A stretch of DNA of 60,600 nt from Gemmatimonadota bacterium (GTDB taxonomy: Bacteria; Gemmatimonadota; Gemmatimonadetes; Gemmatimonadales; GWC2-71-9): positions 1-60,600 of the forward strand of contig JAWXBX010000234.1 of the NCBI GenBank assembly GCA_034440415.1. The letters are read 5' to 3'. Shown here piece by piece: positions 42,185 to 53,706 of the stretch; position 1 is the first letter of the stretch; the number at the start of each line of letters is the position of its first letter. Under the pieces are notes generated by a model that saw only the letters and a program-made list of their open reading frames with translations, was not told the DNA's origin and ran no database searches. The position numbers and the translations under genes were made by a program.

Positions 42185-43288
42185 ATGCGGATCACCGGGA
42201 TCAAGGTCTACCGTGTCGGCCTGCCGCTGCACGAGGGCAGCTACAAGTGGTCGGGTGGCAACTCCGTCGATGTCTTCGATTCCACCATCGTGGCCATCGC
42301 GACCGATGCCGGCATCACCGGATATGGAGAGGTGTGCCCACTCGGACCGGCGTACCTCCCGGCCTACGCCGCCGGCGCGCGTACCGGCATCGCGGAATTG
42401 GCGCCGAATCTGCTCGGCCAGGATCCCACCGCCCTGGCCAGCATGAACCGGCGGATGGACCAGCTCCTGCGCGGCCACCCGTATGTGAAATCGGCCATCG
42501 ACATGGCCTGCTGGGACATCCTGGGGCACGCCACCGGGCTACCGGTGGTCACGCTGCTGGGCGGCCGCGTCGGAGAGGATGTGGCGCTCTATCGGGCCAT
42601 CTCGCAGGACACGCCGGAGAAGATGGCGGCCAAGGTCGGCACCTATCGCGCCGAAGGCTACACCAAATTCCAGCTCAAGGTCGGCGGCGATCCGGATACC
42701 GACATCGAGCGCATCCGGGCCGCGGCAGTCAAGCTGCGCTCCGGCGACGTGCTTATCGCCGATGCCAATACCGGCTGGACCCAGCACCAGGCGATCCGCG
42801 TGGCGGATGCTGTCCGCAGCGTCGATGTCTATATCGAGCAGCCCTGCATGCGGTACGAGGAATGCCTGGCCGTACGACGGCACACCGACCGTCCGTTCGT
42901 GCTCGATGAAGTGATCGACGACATCATGATGGTGCTGCGCGGGCATCAGGACCAGGCGATGGACGTCATCAATCTCAAGATCTCGAAGGTCGGCGGGCTG
43001 ACCCGGGCACGGCAGATTCGGGACCTCTGCCTCTCCCTGGGCATCGCCATGACGATCGAGGACTCCTGGGGCGGAGATATCATCACCGCCGCCATTGCCC
43101 ACCTGGCGCACAGCACCCCACCCGAACTGCTGTTCTCCACCACCGACTTCAACAGCTACGTCACCGTCAGCACTGCGACCGGCGCACCACAGCGGATCAA
43201 TGGCCGTATGGCGGCCTCCACGGCGCCGGGCCTCGGCGTGCAGCCCCGGATGGATGTGCTCGGTGATCCAATCTTCACGGTTGACTGA
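42185..43288 (+). CDS. Mirror copy: enolase-superfamily enzyme (MR/MLE family)
   Basis: Reverse complement of 17313..18416. Confidence 0.9.
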   Translation: MRITGIKVYRVGLPLHEGSYKWSGGNSVDVFDSTIVAIATDAGITGYGEVCPLGPAYLPAYAAGARTGIAELAPNLLGQDPTALASMNRRMDQLLRGHPYVKSAIDMACWDILGHATGLPVVTLLGGRVGEDVALYRAISQDTPEKMAAKVGTYRAEGYTKFQLKVGGDPDTDIERIRAAAVKLRSGDVLIADANTGWTQHQAIRVADAVRSVDVYIEQPCMRYEECLAVRRHTDRPFVLDEVIDDIMMVLRGHQDQAMDVINLKISKVGGLTRARQIRDLCLSLGIAMTIEDSWGGDIITAAIAHLAHSTPPELLFSTTDFNSYVTVSTATGAPQRINGRMAASTAPGLGVQPRMDVLGDPIFTVD

Positions 43289-43303
43289 GAGAGGAAGGCC
43301 GCG

Positions 43304-44209
43304 GTGTTCCCAGCCCTTTTTGCCAGGACAGCCATTTTCGTTGCGCTCGCCGGATTCGGCGTCACATATCTGGGCATCCTCATTTCATCGCTGCATGCTC
43401 CCCGCGGCCCGGGTGAGCCGCCGCCTTCCCCCTCGGCGAGCCACCTGATCACCGGCTTCATCACGAATTTCTTCGACACGCTGGGGATAGGCTCGTTCGC
43501 CACCTCGACGGCCATCTTCAAGTTCCGGAAGATGCTCCCCGATGAGCTCTATCCCGGTACGCTGAACGTCGGGCACACGCTGCCGACGATCTTTCAGGCC
43601 TTCATCTACATCTCGGTGATCGCGGTCGATCCCGCGACGCTGGTGCTGCTCATCGGAAGCTCCGTCGTTGGCGCCTGGTTTGGCGCCGGCCTGGTCGCCA
43701 ACTTCTCCCGCCGTACGGTGCAACTCGGCATGGGCGCCGCCCTGCTCACGGCGGCGACTGCCATGCTCATGAGCCAGTTGAAGTGGTTTCCGGTCGGGGG
43801 CACCGCGCTCGAACTTCACGGGTGGCGTCTGCTGATTGGCATCGTCGGCAATCTCGTGCTCGGGGCGATCATGACGCTCGGGATCGGGCTCTATGCCCCG
43901 TGCATGGCGCTCATCAGTCTGCTCGGAATGGATCCGGCGGCGGCATTCCCCATCATGATGGGGTCCTGCGCCTTTCTCATGCCCGTCGCGAGCGCCCGGT
44001 TCATCAAGCGCCGGGCGTATTCGGCCCCGGTGGCACTGGGACTGGCGATTGGCGGATTGCTCGGTGTCCCGCTCGCCGCGTTCGTTGTGAAATCCCTGCC
44101 GCTCACGGCACTTCGCTGGCTGGTGATCGTGGTGGTGGTGTACGCCGCCGTGCTGATGCTCCGCTCTGCGCAGCAGGAAACTCTGGCGCGCCCGGCGGCC
44201 GCGGCGTAG
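43304..44209 (+). CDS. Mirror copy: TauE/SafE-like membrane transporter
   Basis: Reverse complement of 16392..17297. Confidence 0.6.
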   Translation: MFPALFARTAIFVALAGFGVTYLGILISSLHAPRGPGEPPPSPSASHLITGFITNFFDTLGIGSFATSTAIFKFRKMLPDELYPGTLNVGHTLPTIFQAFIYISVIAVDPATLVLLIGSSVVGAWFGAGLVANFSRRTVQLGMGAALLTAATAMLMSQLKWFPVGGTALELHGWRLLIGIVGNLVLGAIMTLGIGLYAPCMALISLLGMDPAAAFPIMMGSCAFLMPVASARFIKRRAYSAPVALGLAIGGLLGVPLAAFVVKSLPLTALRWLVIVVVVYAAVLMLRSAQQETLARPAAAA

Positions 44210-44241
44210 GCATCATCCCGCTCCGGTCCCGCCCGGGCAAT

Positions 44242-46149
44242 TCAAACTGGCGTCGCCGACATCGGACGCGGCAACGCCAGGCTTCGCTCCACCTCTCCCT
44301 GTGCCGCAATCAAGCGTTCCACTCCAGCCGAAACCTCCGCGGCCAGCCCGAGATGGGTGGTGAGTCCCGCGACGGTCGCCGAGCCGGCGTGGAGCCGGAG
44401 CAGGTTGAGGCGGATCATCTCCAGCGCGCCCACCGCGTCGGCCAGCTTGGCGTGAATGGCATCGCGCGCGGCGCGCAGTTCGGCGTACCGCTCGCCCGCG
44501 CCGGCGTCGCCGATGTCGGCCAGCACCTCCTGCAGTTCGGCGTACCGCTTCCGCAACAGCTGCGCGTCGCTCTGGAGCCGGTGGAGCAGGACCGGTAGAT
44601 CCCCCAGCCCCTGACGCGACTCCTTCGGCAGGCTGTCGAAGAGCTGTTCCGCCGCCATGCCGAGCGAGAGCTCGGTCGCCCGATGGGTCATCGCCTGCTC
44701 GGGCCGGCGGTTGCCCAGCAGCTTGCGGGCGATCGAGAAGGCCAGTCGCCCGATGCGGCCCATCCACAACCGGGACCAGAACTCGGTATCCACGTCCCGG
44801 CGCCGCTGCAAGAGCGCGAGATACCCGATCGAGGTGAGAAGTGTCGCCCCTCCGGAGAAGGCACAGACGGCGGCCAGGTTGTTCAACCAGCCGCCCAGGA
44901 TGACGAAGGGCACGAGGGTGAGCGTGATGCCGCTCAACGCCAAGACCGTTCCCCCTGCCTTGCTGGCGAGTGCCAGGACGCGTTCCAGTGTCGTTGACTT
45001 CGCGCGATGCTCGACCGTCAGCTCCTCTCGCGCCTGCTCGATCTCTCCGTGGAAGGCGGGGCCGAGATCCTGATGGGAAAAGCCCAGCAGTGTCAGCCGC
45101 CGGGCGGCACGTACCAGGTAGGCGAGCGGGGCGACGGTTGCCCCAAGAAACAGTGTCGCGAAGCCCGCGCTCCCGCCGAGCAATGCTGACACAGCAATCG
45201 ATGCGGGAAGGAGCATGAAGCCGGCGATCAGCGTGCCCCCGCCGTCCAGCCGGCCATAGCGCTTGACGAAAGCGCGGAGCGCGGCCGGCAGCTCGCGCCG
45301 CTGTTCCAGCGCCAGCCCGAGCTGCTCGGCCAGCGCCAGTGCGCTCTCCGGACGATGGCCCGGGTCCTTGGCCAGGCAGCGATCTACCAGCGATGCCAGC
45401 CGGCGCGGCACCGCGAGGCCGAGTGAGGCAAGCGGCGGTGGTGGCTCGGTGACCTGCTTGGCGAGGATCTCGGTGGCGCTCGCACCATCGAAAGGGAGCC
45501 GGCCGGAAAAGAGGTAGAAGGCGGTGGCACCGAGGCCGTAGAGATCGCTCCGCGCGTCGATCTGGCCGCCGAGGGCCTGTTCCGGGCTCATGAACTCTGG
45601 CGTTCCCGCGATCCCCTCGGGCCCGGCGACGCCCGCCGCCGCGGCGATGCCGAAGTCCGCCACCAGCACCCGGCCGGTGCCGGACTCGAGCAGGATGTTG
45701 TCCGGTTTCACATCGCGGTGCACCAGCCCCTGCCCGTGGGCGTGGGCCAGCGCCCACGCGACCTCGCGCAGGACGCGGGTCCCTTCTGAACCGGGGAGCG
45801 GGCCGCGGGCGCGGACTCGTTCCGCCAGCGTCTCTCCATCCACGAACGCCATCACGTAGAACACAAAGCCACCGGTGTCCTCGACGGCGTGAATGGGGAT
45901 GATGTTAGGGTGGGACAGCTTGGCAGCGAGGCGCGCCTCGCGGAGGAAGCGTTCCCGGAGGGTCGGCTCCACGGCGCGGTCGGGGGGGAGCAGCTTGATG
46001 GCAACAGGGCGGTCGAGGTGTACCTCGCGGGCGAGATAGACCACCCCCATGCCGCCGCGACCGAGCTCGCGGTCGATGGAGTACCGACCGGCCAGTGCCA
46101 GCTGGAATGAATGGAAGAGCGGATCGCTGAAGGTGCCTGGGTGAGACAT
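44242..46149 (-). CDS. Mirror copy: membrane-anchored Ser/Thr protein kinase
   Basis: Reverse complement of 14452..16359. Confidence 0.9.
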   Translation of the reverse strand: MSHPGTFSDPLFHSFQLALAGRYSIDRELGRGGMGVVYLAREVHLDRPVAIKLLPPDRAVEPTLRERFLREARLAAKLSHPNIIPIHAVEDTGGFVFYVMAFVDGETLAERVRARGPLPGSEGTRVLREVAWALAHAHGQGLVHRDVKPDNILLESGTGRVLVADFGIAAAAGVAGPEGIAGTPEFMSPEQALGGQIDARSDLYGLGATAFYLFSGRLPFDGASATEILAKQVTEPPPPLASLGLAVPRRLASLVDRCLAKDPGHRPESALALAEQLGLALEQRRELPAALRAFVKRYGRLDGGGTLIAGFMLLPASIAVSALLGGSAGFATLFLGATVAPLAYLVRAARRLTLLGFSHQDLGPAFHGEIEQAREELTVEHRAKSTTLERVLALASKAGGTVLALSGITLTLVPFVILGGWLNNLAAVCAFSGGATLLTSIGYLALLQRRRDVDTEFWSRLWMGRIGRLAFSIARKLLGNRRPEQAMTHRATELSLGMAAEQLFDSLPKESRQGLGDLPVLLHRLQSDAQLLRKRYAELQEVLADIGDAGAGERYAELRAARDAIHAKLADAVGALEMIRLNLLRLHAGSATVAGLTTHLGLAAEVSAGVERLIAAQGEVERSLALPRPMSATPV

Positions 46150-47102
46150 GGTGGAGATATACCTGCGGGACGACGGGGGGGCAATTCGGCGGCTGAATGC
46201 CCACTCCAGCGCGTCGGGGCAGGGAGGACCACACACCTACCGGACGATCCAGGTGGCGACAGGGGTGTACGCCTTCCTCACGCCGGAGGAGCGCTCCAGC
46301 TTCCAGTCCGGCAATTCCATTGCGGTGATCGGCGAGGACGGCGTCCTGGTCTTCGATACCGGAAACATCCCCGGAGCGACCCGTCGCCAGATCGCCGAGC
46401 TCCGCAAATTGACCGACAAGCCGGTGCGATTCGTGGTGAACTCGCACTGGCATCCAGACCACAATCTCGGCAACGCGGAATACCGGCGCGCATTTCCGGG
46501 GGTCCTGGTCCTCGGAACTTCCGCAACTCGCGCCGGCATCCTCGAACAAGTGCCGGGTTACCTCGGCCAGGTGAAGAGTTTCGCCTCCCGCGCCCGATCT
46601 GGTCTTCGATGACAGCCTGACCATCATGCTGGGAACCCGGCGGGTGCAGCTGGTGCGCACAGGACGTGGCAATACCGCGGGCGACGCCATCGCGTTCATT
46701 CCCGATGCTGGCGTCCTGCTGACCGGCGATCTGGTCACCGTCCCCTGCCCATTTCCCAGCGCCGCCTGCTTCAGCGAGTGGATTGTCGCTCTTGACCGGC
46801 TGAAGGAGATGCGGGCGACCCGGATCGTGCCGGGTCATGGCCACAGCATGACGGACTACGGGTACAACGATCTTGTCCGGGAGCTCCTGCTATCCACGCG
46901 GGAACAGGCCCGCGCCACTGTCCGGGCCGGCACCCCCGTGGACACGCTGCAGCAGACCATTGATTTCGGTTCCTTCATCCAGCGGTTCGGTGGCGGCGAT
47001 ATCGTGCGCACTGACGCCATCAACAGCTTCTATCGGGAGCCAGCGGCGCGGCGCGCATTCGATGAGGCGCAATTCGAATCCCAGGGCGCCATTCTCCAGT
47101 GA
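46148..47102 (+). pseudogene. Mirror copy: frameshifted MBL-fold hydrolase
   Basis: Reverse complement of 13499..14453, carrying the same frameshift. Confidence 0.75.
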
Positions 47103-47129
47103 TTCGCATCGCAGTCGACACTCGCGGCT

Positions 47130-47738
47130 TCAGTACCGCAGCGGGAGCTCCAGGATCATCACGTGCGCCCACCAGCTCCCCGACGCCATCGCATAGGGCT
47201 CGATGCCGACCGATTCTTCTGAAACGCCCAATTCGGCGGCGGTAGCGTAGGGGATGTGCAGCGACTGCCAGCGATCGATTGCGTCGGTGGCGGTGTTCGT
47301 CACGGCATCATAGCCGCCGATCGGCCCCAGTATCCGGTAGCCTGCGGTCGGGCTGGCGGGCAGCTTGAGCGTGCCATCACGCACTTCGGTGTCGATCTGC
47401 CGGGTGACGTCCGCGTCGGCCATGCCGAGCCGTGCGAGTACGCGGCGCCGGGTCACGAGCGGCATGAACGATTGATGGTAGCAGCGCACATCGAAGAGTG
47501 AATCAGCGGGGGTGTCGGCCAGGCAGATCATGCCATTGGTGCCGGCTCGGAGGGGACGCAGCGTCCCGTCCCGGGCGATCGTCATCACGGCCGCTCCACT
47601 CCGCATCGTCGCGGGCAGTGGGAGTACGGCCGCTGCCGCCTGCTGTTCAGGTGTGATGCCCTGGGCCAGCAGCCGCACGCCGGGACATGCGACCATGACG
47701 AGCGTCAGGGCGACGCAGAATCTCGCGAGTCGGATCAT
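47130..47738 (-). CDS. Mirror copy: hypothetical secreted protein
   Basis: Reverse complement of 12863..13471. Confidence 0.6.
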   Translation of the reverse strand: MIRLARFCVALTLVMVACPGVRLLAQGITPEQQAAAAVLPLPATMRSGAAVMTIARDGTLRPLRAGTNGMICLADTPADSLFDVRCYHQSFMPLVTRRRVLARLGMADADVTRQIDTEVRDGTLKLPASPTAGYRILGPIGGYDAVTNTATDAIDRWQSLHIPYATAAELGVSEESVGIEPYAMASGSWWAHVMILELPLRY

Positions 47739-48007
47739 GGACGCCTCCGCCGTGTCGGGCGCAGTCCCACGACAATCCCACCGGCGCCGATAGCAATCGA
47801 CAGCAGCCCGACCCAGCCGGGAATCGGCCGGTACTCCTCGAGGGGACCGGTGGCTTCGAGGTCCCGGGTGTTTCCCTCAAGCGGGACACGATAGACCGGG
47901 CGGAGCACCAGGAAGATCAGGCCGATGACACAGAAGAAGAGGCCAACGACAGTTGAGTTGCGCATGCATGCTCCAGGAGAATCGCCGCTCGGTGGAGGTG
48001 ACGCCAC
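47735..48007 (-). CDS. Mirror copy: small hypothetical membrane protein
   Basis: Reverse complement of 12594..12866. Confidence 0.45.
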   Translation of the reverse strand: MASPPPSGDSPGACMRNSTVVGLFFCVIGLIFLVLRPVYRVPLEGNTRDLEATGPLEEYRPIPGWVGLLSIAIGAGGIVVGLRPTRRRRP

Positions 48008-48035
48008 AAGAATGGACGTCGCCGTGGACGCACCG

Positions 48036-48704
48036 TCAACTTTCGGCCGCCCGGTTGATGTCGTCGGTGACCAGGATGTTCCTGGGATAGCCTCGATCGA
48101 CGACGTTGATCAGCGCGCGCCCGACGTTCACCGACGTAGTGAATGATCTCGGTGACAGGCGGCGCAGAATCGGGTACAGCGGACTGAGCACGGCGTACAC
48201 CGCCTTGTAGAGGGTCACCTTGGTCTGCACCCCTTTCATCGGCTGGATGTATCCGGGGCGGAACATGAATGCCGCCTTGAACGGCAGCGCCAGCAGCGCA
48301 TTCTCCGTCTTGTCCTTGACCCGCGCCCACATATTGCGACCGCGCTCCGTGCTGTCGGTGCCCGCTCCAGAGATGTAGCAGAACGTCAGGCCCGGGTTGA
48401 GCGATCGCAGCGCACGGGCGGCGGCCAGCGTCAGATCGTATGTCAGATGATGGTACTTCGCCTCGTCCATCCCCGCCGCCGACACGCCGAGGCAGAAGAG
48501 GCAGGCGTCCAGGCCGGCCAGCCTGGGCTGCAGTGCGGTGTAGTCGAAGAAATCGTGGTGCAGAATCTCCGTCAGCTGCGGATGGGTGACGCCGCAACCG
48601 GTGCGTCCGATGACGAGGACGGAGGTCACCCGCGGATCAGCGAGGCACTCCAGCAGCGCGCCGGCCCCGACCATGCCGCTGGCGCCAAAGATGATGACGT
48701 TCAC
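48036..48704 (-). CDS. Mirror copy: NAD(P)-binding Rossmann-fold protein
   Basis: Reverse complement of 11897..12565. Confidence 0.8.
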   Translation of the reverse strand: MNVIIFGASGMVGAGALLECLADPRVTSVLVIGRTGCGVTHPQLTEILHHDFFDYTALQPRLAGLDACLFCLGVSAAGMDEAKYHHLTYDLTLAAARALRSLNPGLTFCYISGAGTDSTERGRNMWARVKDKTENALLALPFKAAFMFRPGYIQPMKGVQTKVTLYKAVYAVLSPLYPILRRLSPRSFTTSVNVGRALINVVDRGYPRNILVTDDINRAAES

Positions 48705-48921
48705 TTTCCGCTCCGCTCGGCACTTCGTCGTCCAGCCCGAACTGCCGCAGGTGATGACTGACGTGCCGATGGGCCCAGCGGGACCAATCCCGGGCGGTCA
48801 TCTGACCGCACTTGCAATGATCGGTCGCCAGCGTCGCCGGATCGGCGGTGGTAAGAGTCGTCAGGCTCTCGATGGCCCGCTCGCGTGCCTGCTCACAATC
48901 TCCGTCCGCGATGCTATTCAT
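48637..48921 (-). CDS. Mirror copy: hypothetical small protein (uncertain)
   Basis: Reverse complement of 11680..11964. Confidence 0.35.
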   Translation of the reverse strand: MNSIADGDCEQARERAIESLTTLTTADPATLATDHCKCGQMTARDWSRWAHRHVSHHLRQFGLDDEVPSGAESERHHLWRQRHGRGRRAAGVPR

Positions 48922-48953
48922 GGATGTCCTGGCGATCGTTCGGCGTGCGTCCG

Positions 48954-49637
48954 TCAGCGATAGGTGACGATGCTCTCCAGCGGTTTCCGGCGAATGTCCG
49001 GCACGACCGCGTCGGGGGCGGGGTATCCCGCCACCAGCAGCATGACCGGGCGCTCCGCTGCTGGTCGACCGAGGAGCTGGTTCAGGAAGCCCATCGGGTT
49101 TGGCGTATGCGTCAGCGTAGCCAGCCCGGCGTGGTGCAACGCCGTAATGAGGATCCCGGTGGCGATCCCCACCGATTCCATGACGTAGTAGTGCGGCTGG
49201 CGCTCACCGCTAAGCGTGGTTCCGTAGCGCTCCGCAAAGATGGCGATCAGGTATGGCGCCACCTCCAGATACGGCTTCTGCGCGTCAGTGCCCAGCGGGG
49301 CGAGCGCCGCCAGCCATTCGGCCGGGGCCGTCTCGTAGAAACGAGCTTCTTCCTCCTCTGCCGCAAGACGGATCTGGCGCTTGACGGCGGCGTCGGAGAC
49401 GACGACAAAATGCCACGGCTGCTGGTTGGCCCCGCTCGGCGCCGTGCCGGCGGCCTCGAGGCACGCTTCCAGAATGGCACGGGGAACGGATCGGTCGCTG
49501 AACTGCCGTACGGTGCGGCGACGTTGCATCTCGACGGCGAACCGCCGACTGCGGGTCAGCATCTCGTCCACCGGATACTCCTCGTAGGTCGAGAGCGGAT
49601 TGAACACCGGCGCGGGTGTGCTCATCGTTGATGCCAT
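48954..49637 (-). CDS. Mirror copy: IYD-like nitroreductase-family flavoprotein
   Basis: Reverse complement of 10964..11647. Confidence 0.85.
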   Translation of the reverse strand: MASTMSTPAPVFNPLSTYEEYPVDEMLTRSRRFAVEMQRRRTVRQFSDRSVPRAILEACLEAAGTAPSGANQQPWHFVVVSDAAVKRQIRLAAEEEEARFYETAPAEWLAALAPLGTDAQKPYLEVAPYLIAIFAERYGTTLSGERQPHYYVMESVGIATGILITALHHAGLATLTHTPNPMGFLNQLLGRPAAERPVMLLVAGYPAPDAVVPDIRRKPLESIVTYR

Positions 49638-49683
49638 TTCACTGAAGTAAGTCCATGGGAACCGAGCATCGGCTGACTCGGGC

Positions 49684-50112
49684 TTATGCTTGCGTCACCA
49701 GCCACAGCCCGGCCAGGCAAAGCCCCACGCCGGAGAGCCGGGTGAGCGAGACCGGTTCCCGAAAGACGAGCACGCCAAGCCCCAGCAGGACAACCGCCAC
49801 CGTCGCATTGGCGACGAGCGAGGCGTTGCCGAGCGTCCAGCCCGAACGATAGGCGAGCAGGAACCCGATCTCCACTGCGACGATGCCGATGCCCACCAGC
49901 ATGGTGCTCCAATTCAGGGTACGCCAGGCGGTGGTGAGCGGCGTGCCGCGCGCCAGCAGGGGAATGGTCGCCAGCGTCGCAACGATCGCGACCAGATACG
50001 CGGCAAGGGTGGCGACGACGGGGTTGGCGTCGCGCGGGATGGCGCGCTGCCCAAGGTGGTAGACAACGTTGCCGAGCACGACGAGTGCAATAGAGAGCCA
50101 GGTCATGGACAA
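49684..50112 (-). CDS. Mirror copy: EamA-like membrane protein
   Basis: Reverse complement of 10489..10917. Confidence 0.65.
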   Translation of the reverse strand: MSMTWLSIALVVLGNVVYHLGQRAIPRDANPVVATLAAYLVAIVATLATIPLLARGTPLTTAWRTLNWSTMLVGIGIVAVEIGFLLAYRSGWTLGNASLVANATVAVVLLGLGVLVFREPVSLTRLSGVGLCLAGLWLVTQA

Positions 50113-50150
50113 ACCTCAGCGTGAGGGGAAGCAGAATGGGTGACGAGGGG

Positions 50151-50618
50151 TCATGCCGGTGTGGCCCCAGTACGTGCCTTGAGCCGCTCCGCCACATACC
50201 GTCCCGTGAAGCTGCCCGCGGCCCCTGCCTCATCCGCGATCTCCACCGTGAGCCGCAGCCGGCCTCGGCCACTCCGAGCAAAGGTCGCCACGAACCGGGC
50301 GATGGTTGCAGCCTCGGGCGCCGGGCAGGTCGCGGTAAAGTCGGTCGCGACGGGCCGAGCGTAGGTGATGCTGCTGTCCTGCAGGACGACCTGCCCCGCC
50401 AACTGGTGGTGCCGAAGGAACAGGGTCAGCCATGACCAGCCGGCGAGCGTCGCGATCGCATTCAGGCTGCCCGCGAACGCGGTGCCCCGGTGATTGCGGT
50501 TCGGCGCCAGCGGCGCCCGGAGGATCACCCGCTCAGGATCGGCGACCACGACCCGGAGTCCGAGATGCCGCGTGATCGGAAGCTCGGTGTTGAGGAGTCG
50601 CTGGAGGCTGTCGGTCAT
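50151..50618 (-). CDS. Mirror copy: YiiD_C-like putative thioesterase
   Basis: Reverse complement of 9983..10450. Confidence 0.7.
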   Translation of the reverse strand: MTDSLQRLLNTELPITRHLGLRVVVADPERVILRAPLAPNRNHRGTAFAGSLNAIATLAGWSWLTLFLRHHQLAGQVVLQDSSITYARPVATDFTATCPAPEAATIARFVATFARSGRGRLRLTVEIADEAGAAGSFTGRYVAERLKARTGATPA

Positions 50619-50927
50619 GAATGCGGGATTAGGAGTGCGTGCCAAGGCCAGACGCCGCGTGGCGGGCCGTGAGGTGCTGGTGAGTCCTGTCGGTAATGCG
50701 CCCGACGGCCGTCTGTCATCAACTTGCATCAAGCGGGAGATGCGCGCGAGCTAGAATGGCGGACCACCCCACTTCAACTCCTTAGGAGGCAACTGTCGTT
50801 CTGCACGCTGGAGCGCGACAAGGCAGACTGTTGCGCTTCGATCCAGCTCTGAAGGAAGGATCGAACGTATGGGTAGCCGAGGCGGTCAGCGGGGCGCCAG
50901 CCGGCGCAGTGCCTGATGACCTGACCG

Positions 50928-50963
50928 GAAAACCGAGCGCGGGGCCCGAGGAGGCCCCGCGCT
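50928..50963 (-). terminator. Mirror copy: Rho-independent terminator
   Basis: Reverse complement of 9638..9673. Confidence 0.7.
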
Positions 50964-50985
50964 GTACATCGGACCACCACGCTGC

Positions 50986-51249
50986 TCAGGGCTTCTTCTT
51001 GAAATAGCTCGCGATCAGCGGGAGAAGCAGCCCGACCAGCGCGGAGGCGGCCCCGTAACCCACCGTGGCGTTTCCTCCCAGCAGATCCGTCAGCGGGCCG
51101 CCAAGTACCTGGCCGCCACCAATCCCGCCGACGGCGCCCAGCACGGAATTGAGTAGCGGTCCGAGGCTCTTGGCCTTGTTGAGGAGTCCACCGAGGTTGC
51201 CACCGACGGCGCCGGACAGCGCTTGAATGAGCAGGTTCGTGAGATCCAT
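50986..51249 (-). CDS. Mirror copy: small glycine-rich membrane protein
   Basis: Reverse complement of 9352..9615. Confidence 0.55.
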   Translation of the reverse strand: MDLTNLLIQALSGAVGGNLGGLLNKAKSLGPLLNSVLGAVGGIGGGQVLGGPLTDLLGGNATVGYGAASALVGLLLPLIASYFKKKP

Positions 51250-51708
51250 CGTATGCTCCTATGAGAGGAACAGAGGACGAAGTGAGTCGGGGAGAAGATG
51301 CCGGCGGTCCCGCGTAAGGCAAGATGGGGTCCCGCCTCCATGTCAGGCGATGCTGGGTCGTGGCGGGGATCACTCCTTGCGCCCTGCCGTGATCGGGCGG
51401 CAATCGACAGTGCGCACCCACGAGATGGGCCAGCACACTGCTGCGCTGAAGTGCATCCCCCCTCTGCCCGGTCACTGGCCAGTTTGCGGGAGCGTGCGCA
51501 GGCCGGGGTTGACCCGTCGCCCATGTCGAAGCCGCGAGCGGCAAGGATGATTGTATGACAGGACGCCGTCCGTGAGCTGCGGCCGCTGGGTGATGGTGAC
51601 TGGGAGGTGGTGCTGGGGGAGGGGATGCGGTTGACGCTGACACCCTCTTACAGGGAAGCGTTTGAAGCTCGGCTCGGGGGGATCGCCTAGCGGCCCATGC
51701 CGCGTGCA

Positions 51709-52131
51709 TTACGCCAGCGCCACTGCCTCGATTTCAACTCGAACGCCGAAGTGCAGGACCGGGACTGGCACCACCGCGCGGGCCGGCCGGGCGTCTCCGG
51801 CCCAGCCGGCGTAGATCGTGTTGAACTCCGTCCAGTCGTCGATGTCGGTCAGGTACACTCTGACGCTGAGCAGCTTCTCGACGCCGCTGCCGGCAGCGGT
51901 GAGCGCGGCGGCGATGTTGGCCAGCGTCTGTTCCACCTGGACCGCGAAAGGAGCGTCAGTGAGCCGGGTGCCATCGGAGGTGATCGGGAGCTGGCCGGCC
52001 ACGAAGACCAGCCCCGCGCCCACCACCGCGTGGCTGTAGTGTCCACCCGGCTGGGTCAGGGTCTTGACGGTCACTTCCCGGCGGGCATCAGGCATCGGAA
52101 CCTTCACACTTGACGGGTTGGCGAGCGTCAA
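51709..52131 (-). CDS. Mirror copy: RidA/YjgF family protein
   Basis: Reverse complement of 8470..8892. Confidence 0.85.
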   Translation of the reverse strand: MTLANPSSVKVPMPDARREVTVKTLTQPGGHYSHAVVGAGLVFVAGQLPITSDGTRLTDAPFAVQVEQTLANIAAALTAAGSGVEKLLSVRVYLTDIDDWTEFNTIYAGWAGDARPARAVVPVPVLHFGVRVEIEAVALA

Positions 52132-52260
52132 ACGACCACCTGCCGCGATTCCCTTGCTCCTCCAATTTCTTGATCGAGTGCCTCAGCTTCGGAGTGCCGG
52201 ACATCGAGCGTGCAAATGGGAAGGAAGCTGAATCACCTGCTTCTGGAGGCGAGGCAGTGA

Positions 52261-52683
52261 TCATCCGATGTCCGGCACGCCGGTGTCACGCTCTCCCCGC
52301 CGCAGGTCCGCGCGGGCGCGCTCCGCCAGGCGGGCGTAGCCAGCGCGGATCTGGTCGATTTCGCGCTCCTCGAGCTCTTCAAGGTCCAGCAGTGCGTTGT
52401 GCGCCCCCGCCGTGGAACGCAGCAATTCGTCCAGCTTGACCTGCACGGCCTCGGCATCACGATTCTGGGTGTTCTGAATGAGGAACACCATCAGGAAGGT
52501 GATGATGGTCGTCCCCGTATTGATCACCAATTGCCAGGTGTCGCTGAACTTGAACAGCGGGCCCGTCACGAGCCAGACGACGATCACGCTCACAGCGAGG
52601 ATGAACGCCAGGGGCCGCCCCGTGGCACGGGCGGTCGCCTTCGCAAAGGAGGTGAACCGTGATCGTGTAGTTGAGGGATGCAT
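52261..52683 (-). CDS. Mirror copy: low-affinity iron permease family protein
   Basis: Reverse complement of 7918..8340. Confidence 0.8.
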   Translation of the reverse strand: MHPSTTRSRFTSFAKATARATGRPLAFILAVSVIVVWLVTGPLFKFSDTWQLVINTGTTIITFLMVFLIQNTQNRDAEAVQVKLDELLRSTAGAHNALLDLEELEEREIDQIRAGYARLAERARADLRRGERDTGVPDIG

Positions 52684-52926
52684 TGAAGTGATCCTGTGCG
52701 TGAGGGGAAAACGGCGGAGGGTTGGGGCTAGTGAGGTCCAGTCCCAGGCGGGGCGACCGCCGGTTCATTCCCTCCTTCGACTCCAGCTCCACCCACCGCC
52801 CGACGCGGCGACTCGGCGTAGTGCTGGCAGCCACCGATCACGAATAGCTGCAGCCGGGTCGGGGCAACGCCGGTTCCGGCGAGGCTACACGGGTACCACG
52901 GTGATGCGGGTGGACTACCAACGGCA

Positions 52927-53706
52927 TCACATGTGGTACCGCGCGGTGTAAGCCCTGCACGTCTTGGCGATGCATTCCCGGTAGTCCGCGTCGACATCGA
53001 TGCCAAGGCTGTTCGGCCGGGGCAGTGCGGGTGGATGCACGTTGTCGATTTGCACCGGCACGAGGAGCACCGAGTCGTAGGCGACCAGGTGGGTCTGCGC
53101 CGGGCCACGGGTCGGGAGGGTGCGGAACATGGCGACGGTCTGTGCGGGGTCCTGCGGCCTGTTCTCGCTGATGGCCCAGGAGAATTCCTCAAACAGCGTC
53201 TCGTCGCCGGTGGAAAGGCGCGGCAGGACCTGAGCCCTGAATGCATCGTCCCGGTCGCGGAAGAACTTGTGCACATGATCGGGCACATTCAGTACCCTGT
53301 CCGCCACACCGACAAGCACCGTGGCGATCGGCAATGCCCCCGGCCGAGCACCCTGCACAGCGGCGAGCACCTTCGAGAGGTCATCGAAGCGATTGGTTCG
53401 GTTGCGGTGCGCGGTGATGACGGACTTGTTCTCCACCGCGATGCGCACCCTTCCGATATCCGGCCCACCATCGGAACCCGGTTCACCTACAAATAGATCC
53501 ACCTTCCGCTTGCGGTCGCCCGGCGAGGCCACGTTTTTCCAGATCCGCACCACACCATCCTCAAGGTCCCTCCGAAACGCTTCGCAGGCTACGCGCAGAT
53601 CGGCAACAACGCCGTCGGACACTAGATCCGAGTGGGTCTCGAGCCGGTGATTGTGATACCCCGCCGCTGTGATCGCCGCCATCGCGGCGTCGAACGGCGT
53701 ACTCAT
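52927..53706 (-). CDS. Mirror copy: candidate PD-(D/E)xK restriction endonuclease
   Basis: Reverse complement of 6895..7674. Confidence 0.55.
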   Translation of the reverse strand: MSTPFDAAMAAITAAGYHNHRLETHSDLVSDGVVADLRVACEAFRRDLEDGVVRIWKNVASPGDRKRKVDLFVGEPGSDGGPDIGRVRIAVENKSVITAHRNRTNRFDDLSKVLAAVQGARPGALPIATVLVGVADRVLNVPDHVHKFFRDRDDAFRAQVLPRLSTGDETLFEEFSWAISENRPQDPAQTVAMFRTLPTRGPAQTHLVAYDSVLLVPVQIDNVHPPALPRPNSLGIDVDADYRECIAKTCRAYTARYHM